Both the position numbers and the translations under genes were made by a program. The notes under the pieces were generated by a model. The model ran no database searches. It was not told where the DNA came from and worked only from the letters and a program-made list of their open reading frames with translations. A DNA stretch of 64,000 nucleotides from Bacteroidales bacterium UBA1715 (GTDB taxonomy: Bacteria > Bacteroidota > Bacteroidia > Bacteroidales > UBA1715). Where the stretch lies: contig DCIX01000025.1 in NCBI GenBank assembly GCA_002317135.1, positions 64,302 through 128,301 on the forward strand, written 5' to 3'. Shown here piece by piece: positions 1 through 6,951 of this stretch (within the stretch, counting starts at the first letter, position 1; the number at the start of each line of letters is the position of its first letter).

Positions 1-196
1 GTTCCCGGGAGAACTGGTCCATTTTTGTAAAGACCTTCAGAAATCCGTCCTGCAAAATATCAGAGGCGTCGTCACGGTTTTGCGCATAACGCAAACAAAC
101 CGCAAACATTTTCGATGCATACTTGTCGTACAAGGCTTTCTGCATCTGCCTATTGTTGCTCAAACATCCTTCTATAATTTCATCGTCGGTATACAT
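1..196 (-). CDS. RNA polymerase sigma-70 family (ECF-type) factor, N-terminal part; gene runs off the window start
   Basis: Manual minus-strand translation from ATG at 196-194: MYTDDEIIEGCLSNNRQMQKALYDKYASKMFAVCLRYAQNRDDASDILQDGFLKVFTKMDQF. It fits the sigma region 2 pattern (DAxDIxQxxFxKxF) common in Bacteroidota ECF sigmas. Confidence 0.55.
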   Translation of the reverse strand, partial: MYTDDEIIEGCLSNNRQMQKALYDKYASKMFAVCLRYAQNRDDASDILQDGFLKVFTKMDQFSRE

Positions 197-381
197 TATC
201 ACCAAATCAATTATAAGACATTGAAAAAAATGAAATAGTTACATCTTATTTCAAGATTTTTTCAAAAATAAGAAAATACTGCCAAACTTTTGTAAAGAAA
301 ATAAAAAGGGATGACTTTCCGCCATCCCTTTTCAGCATGAATATTTTGTAGAAATGCGATAACTGCTCCTCTCTACTTATA

Positions 382-1077
382 TTAATTTTCTTTTTTGCAG
401 CAGCAACATTTGTCACATGACAAACATTTCCATACAAGTGCAGCAATAACAGCACCTGCCAATGGAGCGCAAATGAATATCCACAAGTCACACAATGCTT
501 GGCCGCCTTCGAATACTGCAGGAGCAATACTACGAGCTGGGTTCACACTTGTTCCTGTGATTGGAATAAGTACAATGTGAATCAAAATTAACGACAAACC
601 GATTGCAAGACCAGCAAGGTTGCTATTTCCTTTTTCTGAATCAGTAACACCAAGTACAACCAATACGAAAATGAATGTACCAAGTAATTCAGCCAAGAAA
701 CCTGCACAAGAAGAAACACCGTCAGCACAAGCATTTGCACCAGTTTCTGTTGCGTATGACATATCTATACCTTGTGTTAAAGCCCAAAGCAAACCAGAAC
801 CGATAAAAGCACCGATAATTTGGAACACTACATATAAAGCAGCATCCTTACCGCTCATTCTACCACTTGCAAATACACCAAGAGTAATTGCAGGATTAAT
901 ATGACATCCCGAAACACCACCAATCGCATGTGCCATTGCCACTACCGACAAACCAAATGCACAAGCAACAGTTAAAACTTGAGCAGTTGTTCCACAACCA
1001 CCATTAAAGATTGCACTACCGCAACCTAACAAGACAAGAACCATAGTTCCTATCATTTCAGCTACATATTTTTTCAT
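382..1077 (-). CDS. aqpZ: Aquaporin Z-like MIP-family water channel with Cys-rich C-terminal tail
   Basis: Two NPA boxes (HINPAITLG and SVNPARSIAP) and six hydrophobic segments. Start set at the internal MKKYVAEM (ATG 1077) because a TAnnTTTG -7 box lies inside the longer ORF. Confidence 0.9.
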   Translation of the reverse strand: MKKYVAEMIGTMVLVLLGCGSAIFNGGCGTTAQVLTVACAFGLSVVAMAHAIGGVSGCHINPAITLGVFASGRMSGKDAALYVVFQIIGAFIGSGLLWALTQGIDMSYATETGANACADGVSSCAGFLAELLGTFIFVLVVLGVTDSEKGNSNLAGLAIGLSLILIHIVLIPITGTSVNPARSIAPAVFEGGQALCDLWIFICAPLAGAVIAALVWKCLSCDKCCCCKKEN

Positions 1078-1100
1078 AGTTACTATAATTAAAGACTGGT

Positions 1101-1108
1101 CAAAAATA
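1101..1108 (-). promoter_or_regulatory. Bacteroidota -7 promoter box (TATTTTTG on minus strand) for aqpZ
   Basis: Plus-strand caaaaata matches TAnnTTTG on the minus strand, 24 nt upstream of ATG 1077. Confidence 0.45.
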
Positions 1109-1316
1109 CACGTTATTAGGAGTTTCACAAATAGAAAAAATCTATTGAACTATTTCTTCCCAAATATTCCTTTTATAATCGCATTTCCAATTTTTCTTTC
1201 CAACCCAGCCTTAGTTGTTGGAAGTCCCGTTTTCTTTGCGACAGACTGTTTAATCTTTGAAATACCTAAAGCCCTTTTCAACGAAAATGACACACCTGGA
1301 ATTTTCATATATACAA

Positions 1317-2495
1317 TTATTTTAATAAAATTTCAGAAATAAATATGCCCATCAAATATTCCTTACCCGGTGTTCGTTCTATATGAGGACTTACTGCGTA
1401 CACCTCTCCTTCGCCATATTTGTTTGTCCATATAGCAGGAGAACCGAAAGCCTTATACATACTGTCAGGGAAATATATTTCTTCATCAAATGTTGCCAAA
1501 ACTGTAAAATCCGAACAAGTACAATCATTATTATACTGAACAATCGGTCCATTATGATATATAATTGGAACTATTTCCTCTTCAACATCCGGGAAAAAAG
1601 ATTTTCCTTCTTCGGTAAACTTAATATTAGCCAAGACCTCACCTCTGTGCGTATGTTCAACATCTGGAATTACAACCGGACTAACATTCAAATACGTTCT
1701 ATTTTGCTGTGACACGGCATAAGCACCGGCACAAACTCCTAAAAGTTTTCCGCCTTTTTTTAAAAAAGTACGAACAGATTTCTTTCCTGAATCCCCCAAT
1801 CCCCCACAAATACTTTTGCTATCACCGCCCGGGATTATAAGCAAATCATATTTCTGTAACTCTTCTTCAGTAAATAAATCAGAATATAAAATTGACAAAG
1901 AGCCTAAATCATGTTTTTCATACAAATTCTGCCAATATCCAATTGTTTTTCCCTTTACTCCTGTCCCAGAATAAATAGCAGTTTTACAGGTACATTTCTT
2001 TCCTGAATAATCAAAATCTATTATAGGTGAAGACTTGCTAAACGATTCGATATACTCCGATGGCAATCCTTGTTCTGTCATTCCTGCAAGCACAACATTT
2101 TTATAATTCTTAGAAGGATAGTAATATGCTGTATCCAAGCAATGCTTTGCGATATATGTTTCAACTTGATACACTTTATTGTCTGCATCTGCGACCGAAA
2201 CACAAACTCTATTGTATTTTTTAGGAGCACCTTCTTTTTTATCAAATACTTCCAACTGGGAATCATCCAATTCGTAAATCACTCCCCATACAGAAGCATC
2301 CTTTTGTGGCATAACATTCAATACACCACATTTTCGACGTTTAGAATAAGTTGTCCAACAAAGAGAATGATTTTTTAATTTCGCATTACAAACCTTTTGC
2401 AAAAGAAACGGTGCAATTTGTTTTTCAACGCAATATTGTTTAAAATCATCCGAATTCAAATTTGAGCCATACGCAAAAATCAAATGTTTCGCCAT
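1317..2495 (-). CDS. Fusion protein: N-terminal gamma-glutamylcyclotransferase (GGCT/AIG2-like) domain plus C-terminal class I glutamine amidotransferase-like (BPL_N-type) domain
   Basis: The N-terminus has LIFAYGSNLN ... VWGVIYELDDSQLEVFDKKEG, matching the GGCT YGSN and catalytic Glu context. The C-terminus has LLIIPGGDS ... LLGVCAGAYA, the nucleophile-elbow GxCxG of the GATase1 fold. The start lies 1 nt after the upstream channel stop. Confidence 0.7.
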   Translation of the reverse strand: MAKHLIFAYGSNLNSDDFKQYCVEKQIAPFLLQKVCNAKLKNHSLCWTTYSKRRKCGVLNVMPQKDASVWGVIYELDDSQLEVFDKKEGAPKKYNRVCVSVADADNKVYQVETYIAKHCLDTAYYYPSKNYKNVVLAGMTEQGLPSEYIESFSKSSPIIDFDYSGKKCTCKTAIYSGTGVKGKTIGYWQNLYEKHDLGSLSILYSDLFTEEELQKYDLLIIPGGDSKSICGGLGDSGKKSVRTFLKKGGKLLGVCAGAYAVSQQNRTYLNVSPVVIPDVEHTHRGEVLANIKFTEEGKSFFPDVEEEIVPIIYHNGPIVQYNNDCTCSDFTVLATFDEEIYFPDSMYKAFGSPAIWTNKYGEGEVYAVSPHIERTPGKEYLMGIFISEILLK

Positions 2496-2496
2496 A

Positions 2497-4200
2497 TCAG
2501 TCTATATAATCAGAAAAACCAAAATCATGACCTTTTTGTCGTGTTACCATTTCCAAAGGTAATACAAATTCTTTTTCTGGCTCAATGTTTTTTCTAATAA
2601 TATCGGCGAGAATTTGTGCTTTCCCCAACGCACCTCCATCAAAATAACAAACTTTACATTCAACACGAAGATTAAATGTATTCTGACACTTTAAATAATG
2701 AGAAATATTCTTTGCATTCACGGCGTAATATTCATTTTTATCTGAATTCAAAGAAAATTTCTCGCGCATTGTCCGCTCCACATCTGTATATATTTTATCG
2801 AATGTTTCTACATCAACAAACGATTTATTTGCATCATCGTATGTAGCATCATGTTTTTGGCTACTATAACAGAAATGAAATTGATGTGGACGAGATTGTA
2901 GTCCCATAGCTCCAAGAATTGTTATTACCCAACTATCAGGTTGACTCGAAAGTCTATCTATATCCTGAATAAACTGTGGCAAGTTAGGACAATCATTGAC
3001 ATCAGAAATTGTAAAATATGTTATAGGATTATCTGCATCAAGTTCTATTTCTTTAGCAACATAATTAAAACCACCCAATTTTGCAATATGATATGCAAAC
3101 CAACTTGTTATTGGTTCTGTAGATCCAGAAGTGCTCACAACTGTCACTTTTGATTTTCTATCGATACAAACACCATACGGAGTATTTTTAGGGTGATTTA
3201 CGACAACTATCTTATCCTCTGGATTTTCCGATTGATTTATTGCATTCGCAAGATTATATAAATGTAATTGATCTGAATTTTCAACAGTAGTGATTATGTC
3301 TGCTTCGGCCATATACTTTCGTGTTAGAATAGTATTTAAAGGTACAAATCGTGGAACAGCAAATAGATTTGTATAGTGTTGATCTTTTTCGAACTTAAAA
3401 GAATGGATAATTCGACTTATGTTTTCTTGTGTTCTCTTTTTCTTTCTATCGTTATCCATTGCATCGGTAAAGCCACTGCCTATTAAACCGGCAGGAACTG
3501 CAAATATTGCAATTCCAAGAATACCGACCAAACAAGCTATCAACCTTCCGACAAATGTAATTGGAGGATTTTCCGCAAAACCTCCAGGATCACCTATATA
3601 TTGAGCAAAAGCCCAAACAACCGGATATGTTCCATCAACATAGACATCAGGTTGCGCGTCGTGTTCTACAAAAAACAAAATAAAAGAAAGAATTATCGTT
3701 ACAATAAATAAAAATTGCAACGACACCCACAATTCCATTTTCTTTGAATTAATAGCTTCTGAAAGCAAGCGGAACGATTTCATATAACGGAAAATTCTAA
3801 ACAAGCGGGCGATTCTCAGTGTTTTGAGAGCCGTGTATGGAATATTCATCACAAAATTCAAATAGAATGGATAGGTAGAAAGAATGTCTATCAAGCCATA
3901 AAAGCTAAAGCAATAGCGAATTCTCCCCCAAAAACCTTTGTATTTTTCATCCAATAAATCTGCACACCAAATACGAAGCGATACTTCCACAGTAAAAACT
4001 ACGGTTGGGAACACATCAACCCAATGCAAAAGCCGTCCATATTTTTCAACCACTCCATCGAATGTTGAAAGAAAAACCTCAACTGTACTAATAATTATTA
4101 ATGCAATTATAGTGTAGTCAACTATATTGTGCCATTGTTTTGTATGCAGATCATCGTCGAATACACGCGATAGTTCTTGCTTAATTTCTTGTATGTTCAT
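2497..4200 (-). CDS. Voltage-sensor-type ion transport protein (6TM) with non-canonical pore and about 300-aa uncharacterised cytosolic C-terminal domain
   Basis: S4-like helix LRIARLFRIFRYMKSFR has a positive charge every third residue. The S5-pore-S6 region reads WAFAQYIGDPGGFAENPPITFVGRL and lacks TVGYG. Residues about 270-567 are soluble and matched no motif I recognise. Confidence 0.7.
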   Translation of the reverse strand: MNIQEIKQELSRVFDDDLHTKQWHNIVDYTIIALIIISTVEVFLSTFDGVVEKYGRLLHWVDVFPTVVFTVEVSLRIWCADLLDEKYKGFWGRIRYCFSFYGLIDILSTYPFYLNFVMNIPYTALKTLRIARLFRIFRYMKSFRLLSEAINSKKMELWVSLQFLFIVTIILSFILFFVEHDAQPDVYVDGTYPVVWAFAQYIGDPGGFAENPPITFVGRLIACLVGILGIAIFAVPAGLIGSGFTDAMDNDRKKKRTQENISRIIHSFKFEKDQHYTNLFAVPRFVPLNTILTRKYMAEADIITTVENSDQLHLYNLANAINQSENPEDKIVVVNHPKNTPYGVCIDRKSKVTVVSTSGSTEPITSWFAYHIAKLGGFNYVAKEIELDADNPITYFTISDVNDCPNLPQFIQDIDRLSSQPDSWVITILGAMGLQSRPHQFHFCYSSQKHDATYDDANKSFVDVETFDKIYTDVERTMREKFSLNSDKNEYYAVNAKNISHYLKCQNTFNLRVECKVCYFDGGALGKAQILADIIRKNIEPEKEFVLPLEMVTRQKGHDFGFSDYID

Positions 4201-4267
4201 TTTCCCTAATCAAAAACACTCCTAAAAAAAAGATTGACTCTTTTTTTAAATTAGCCGTATAATTGGA

Positions 4268-4606
4268 TTAACGTTTAATCCAACTTAAGCCTTTATTTGT
4301 TGAACGATACAGCCCTTTACTTGTAGTAGCAATAATTTCATTCCCGGTTACCATTAAGCCATGGAAATCGCCGCACGAAGTTCCTGTATATCTTGACATC
4401 CAAGACAAGCCTTTATTTGTCGAATAATAAATACCCTTACTTGTGGCAGCAATAATATCTGTTCCGTAAACAATCAAGTCACGAAATTCGCCACACGAAG
4501 AACCAGTATAACGTCGGTTCCACGTTATACCTTTATTGATAGAATACTCTATCCCTTTGTCACTGTAACGAATAATTTCGTTACCATAATTAATCATTTG
4601 AGGCAT
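4268..4606 (-). CDS. Small BNR/Asp-box-like repeat protein (about 2.7 propeller blades)
   Basis: Tandem 40-41-aa repeats: SKGIYYSTNKGLSWMSRYTGTSCGDFHGLMVTGNEIIATT and relatives. SxNKGxSW resembles the Asp-box SxDxGxTW. Confidence 0.6.
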   Translation of the reverse strand: MPQMINYGNEIIRYSDKGIEYSINKGITWNRRYTGSSCGEFRDLIVYGTDIIAATSKGIYYSTNKGLSWMSRYTGTSCGDFHGLMVTGNEIIATTSKGLYRSTNKGLSWIKR

Positions 4607-4614
4607 AGGTGTGA

Positions 4615-4857
4615 TTATTTTTCTCGTTTCATGCTCTCCTTTGCTGATTCAATCTGCTTTTTGTAAGACTCAATATGTCTATCGTGAGTTGCAGCATGAT
4701 CAACCTTTGATTTTCTAAAAGAAGCCTTAGAAGAAGGAGTGCTTGCACTTTTTATCATCTTAGCATAATATTCGTTATCTTTTTTCTTTGCGTCCTTCTC
4801 TTTTTGCATAGCAGCACGCAAGTCAATAATTTTTTTACGATAGTATTCTTTGCTCAT
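4615..4857 (-). CDS. Hypothetical 80-aa Lys-rich, probably helical protein
   Basis: ORF packed 8 nt upstream of the next gene and 22 nt downstream of the previous one. No recognisable domain. Confidence 0.5.
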   Translation of the reverse strand: MSKEYYRKKIIDLRAAMQKEKDAKKKDNEYYAKMIKSASTPSSKASFRKSKVDHAATHDRHIESYKKQIESAKESMKREK

Positions 4858-4879
4858 AGATTTAACTAATCTAATATTT

Positions 4880-5692
4880 CTACATTTCTTTTGCTAACTC
4901 AAAAAGTGATTTCAACACTGGCTTTTCTTTCAAAAATTTCATTTTTGTCAAATCATATTTTGAAAAGTCAAAACCCTTTTCATTAAACTCACAACCATAT
5001 TTCTTATACTCTTCCATAGTAAGTATAAGAGAAAGATTTCCTCTTAGAATCTTACCTGTATGCCACAGCAACCGATCAAGCGAATCGTATGTTAATTCTT
5101 TAGGATTACCTAATTTCTTTTTCAACAAGTCTATTGCCTCAACAAATGCGATAATATTATCCACCATACTCGTCATTTTAGGCATCTCTTTTTTAGGCAA
5201 TCCACAATAACTCCATAACAACGGATACATTTCCCGAACTATAGAATCATAAATAGGGAACTGATAATTAGTTTCAAAATATGCATATTTTGTAATAAGC
5301 GAAAGAGCATGCCCTTTATCACTACCATCCTTTCCTATTCCATATTTTTCTGTAAAAAGCTTCTTTTCTTCACCGTTGCAAACAACAGTAAATTTTTCTA
5401 CATCTTTGTCTTTTAGAAAAGTCAAAAACATATCCGATAGTTTTTGCTTCTCCTGCAGTTTGGCCAAAACCTCTGCTAACTCTTCCAACCCATAATACCT
5501 TCGTCCCATCTGGGTAGAATACATACTATCAATTAAAGTTAACCGTGCAAGAATATTCTCTACGCTATTTCCCTCAATTGAATCAAAAACCTTTCTGATA
5601 GTATTCTTCCCTGTTACATAGCCAGATCTTTCTTCTCCAGTTCTTTCAAAAGAAGAAAGAATATTTAATATTTTATCAGTGTTTGTCATCAT
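4880..5692 (-). CDS. Hypothetical 270-aa protein, possibly OGG-fold/HhH-like (tentative)
   Basis: Motifs LTLIDSMYSTQM, SLITKYAYFETNYQFPIYDSIV and LDRLLWHTGK resemble, from memory, the SKxLHFxxPxxFPIxDSxV ... LDxxLW pattern of families annotated as 8-oxoguanine DNA glycosylase OGG fold protein. Not verified by any search. Confidence 0.5.
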   Translation of the reverse strand: MMTNTDKILNILSSFERTGEERSGYVTGKNTIRKVFDSIEGNSVENILARLTLIDSMYSTQMGRRYYGLEELAEVLAKLQEKQKLSDMFLTFLKDKDVEKFTVVCNGEEKKLFTEKYGIGKDGSDKGHALSLITKYAYFETNYQFPIYDSIVREMYPLLWSYCGLPKKEMPKMTSMVDNIIAFVEAIDLLKKKLGNPKELTYDSLDRLLWHTGKILRGNLSLILTMEEYKKYGCEFNEKGFDFSKYDLTKMKFLKEKPVLKSLFELAKEM

Positions 5693-5701
5693 TCTTTCAT
5701 A

Positions 5702-5729
5702 AAAGCCGACGCAGAAATGCGTCGGCTTT
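5702..5729 (-). terminator. Perfect 12-bp stem / GAAA-loop hairpin downstream of the 104-aa gene; intrinsic terminator or attenuator
   Basis: aaagccgacgca gaaa tgcgtcggcttt. On the minus strand it is followed by UUUUAU. It ends only 10 nt before the ATG of the next gene (5692). Confidence 0.6.
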
Positions 5730-5733
5730 ATAA

Positions 5734-6048
5734 TTATTTACCTGCTTGAACAAGCGTTACATCGTTGTCGGCAAGTTTAGTGTCGTCAGCATTTGCTACT
5801 TGAACACCAATACCCCACATTTCAACGAATTCAGTTTCGAAGTTGCCTACGCGTTTAGCACCTCCAACTGTAAGTTCGCCACCTTTTGCACCTTCAGCAC
5901 GAATTGACGCTAATGTAGCTGCGTCATCTGCCATTTTACCTTTGCATGATGGACTCATGTAAACACGAAGAGAACTTCCAAATGCTTTTTTGAACTCTTC
6001 TTTTAACTTGCGTACTGTTGTACGACCACTGATTTTTAAATCTGCCAT
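5734..6048 (-). CDS. Hypothetical 104-aa protein with internal duplication
   Basis: Two copies of a motif G-x2-[TR]-V-x2-[LF]-[KE]-x-EF-x4-G-x2-[LV]-[RQ]-V: SGRTTVRKLKEEFKKAFGSSLRVY and GGAKRVGNFETEFVEMWGIGVQVA. Followed by a strong hairpin. Confidence 0.6.
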   Translation of the reverse strand: MADLKISGRTTVRKLKEEFKKAFGSSLRVYMSPSCKGKMADDAATLASIRAEGAKGGELTVGGAKRVGNFETEFVEMWGIGVQVANADDTKLADNDVTLVQAGK

Positions 6049-6084
6049 AACTATTTATTTTTATTATTACTTTTTTTATTTTTC

Positions 6085-6243
6085 TTATTTCTTTTTTTTG
6101 CTTAAAACAGAAGAATTTTTCTTCTTACCTGTTGTATCTACAATACCTAAAGTGGCTATTTTGAGAGCTTTTTTAACCGCCTTAACATCTTTACGGCGAT
6201 CGTCTAACAAACCACTATCTTTCCCTTTTGTAAAAAATCCCAT
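6085..6243 (-). CDS. Possible 52-aa basic small protein (below ORF-track threshold)
   Basis: Manual translation gives MGFFTKGKDSGLLDDRRKDVKAVKKALKIATLGIVDTTGKKKNSSVLSKKKK. It fills the gap between two co-directional genes, 6 nt after the upstream stop. Confidence 0.3.
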   Translation of the reverse strand: MGFFTKGKDSGLLDDRRKDVKAVKKALKIATLGIVDTTGKKKNSSVLSKKKK

Positions 6244-6249
6244 CTTCTA

Positions 6250-6516
6250 TTATTTAAATAATCGTTTTAATTTATTCTTGAAACTATTTTTAGCCTTTCG
6301 AGCCTCTGCCATTCGAGCAGCTGCTGCTTTTCCTTCTTTTGTTCGTTGGTCTAAATGACCATCGGCACGACGTGTAGAAGACGAGGATTTTTTAATAGCT
6401 GGTTTTGCTTTTGTTGTCTTTTGAGCAGCACGTGCCTTTTTCGCACGTTCAACCATTTCTTTATATTCTTTGGTACGTTTGTCAACTTTACCAGATGCTG
6501 TTTTTTGTATTGCCAT
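6250..6516 (-). CDS. Lys/Ala-rich histone-H1-like basic protein (88 aa) with internal repeat
   Basis: Composition, plus the duplicated motif SGKVDKRTKEYKEMVERAKKARAAQK / DGHLDQRTKEGKAAAARMAEARKAK. Confidence 0.55.
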   Translation of the reverse strand: MAIQKTASGKVDKRTKEYKEMVERAKKARAAQKTTKAKPAIKKSSSSTRRADGHLDQRTKEGKAAAARMAEARKAKNSFKNKLKRLFK

Positions 6517-6534
6517 AGTCCTATAAATTAATGG

Positions 6535-6939
6535 TTATTCTTCTATTATTAAATCTTCTTCTTCATCAACAAATTCATCAAGTATTGAACTTGCCGTAGA
6601 TTCGTCAACACCAAGAATTTCTGCAAAAGCAAAGAAATTTTCTACTTCATCGTTTGCCAAAAAAGCATCTGCACACATCATTTGCAGACACAATGTCAAT
6701 ACCCCTTCTTTTTCTTCGGGATCGACTTGTTTAGCAGCTTCTTCAAGACATGAGGACAATTCATCTTCTGTCATTTTTTCTGTTGCCTTTATTGCACTTT
6801 CCAAATCGGAGCATAATGTTTTTACTTCAAGAATTTCTCCAACTTGTGCAACAAATTCTTTTTCAAATTCATCATATTCTCCATCTGCCCATACCGCAGC
6901 CGAAAGAAATGACGACAATGTTTTTGAGCTTGTTTTCAT
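6535..6939 (-). CDS. TerB-like (tellurite-resistance TerB fold) domain protein with acidic tail
   Basis: AAVWADGEYDEFEKEFV ... MMCADAFLANDEVENFFAFAEILGV is the typical paired DG/E helical TerB pattern. The C-terminus reads EEEDLIIEE. Confidence 0.6.
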   Translation of the reverse strand: MKTSSKTLSSFLSAAVWADGEYDEFEKEFVAQVGEILEVKTLCSDLESAIKATEKMTEDELSSCLEEAAKQVDPEEKEGVLTLCLQMMCADAFLANDEVENFFAFAEILGVDESTASSILDEFVDEEEDLIIEE

Positions 6940-6951
6940 CTGTTTATATAT

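Noticed and set aside
5990-6358. 122-aa plus-strand ORF spanning the 6049-6250 gap, and the 65-aa ORF at 1145-1342.
   Set aside because: Phe/Tyr/Leu-rich translations of poly-T tracts, antisense to co-directional minus-strand genes. The 6085-6243 minus-strand small ORF explains the gap better.
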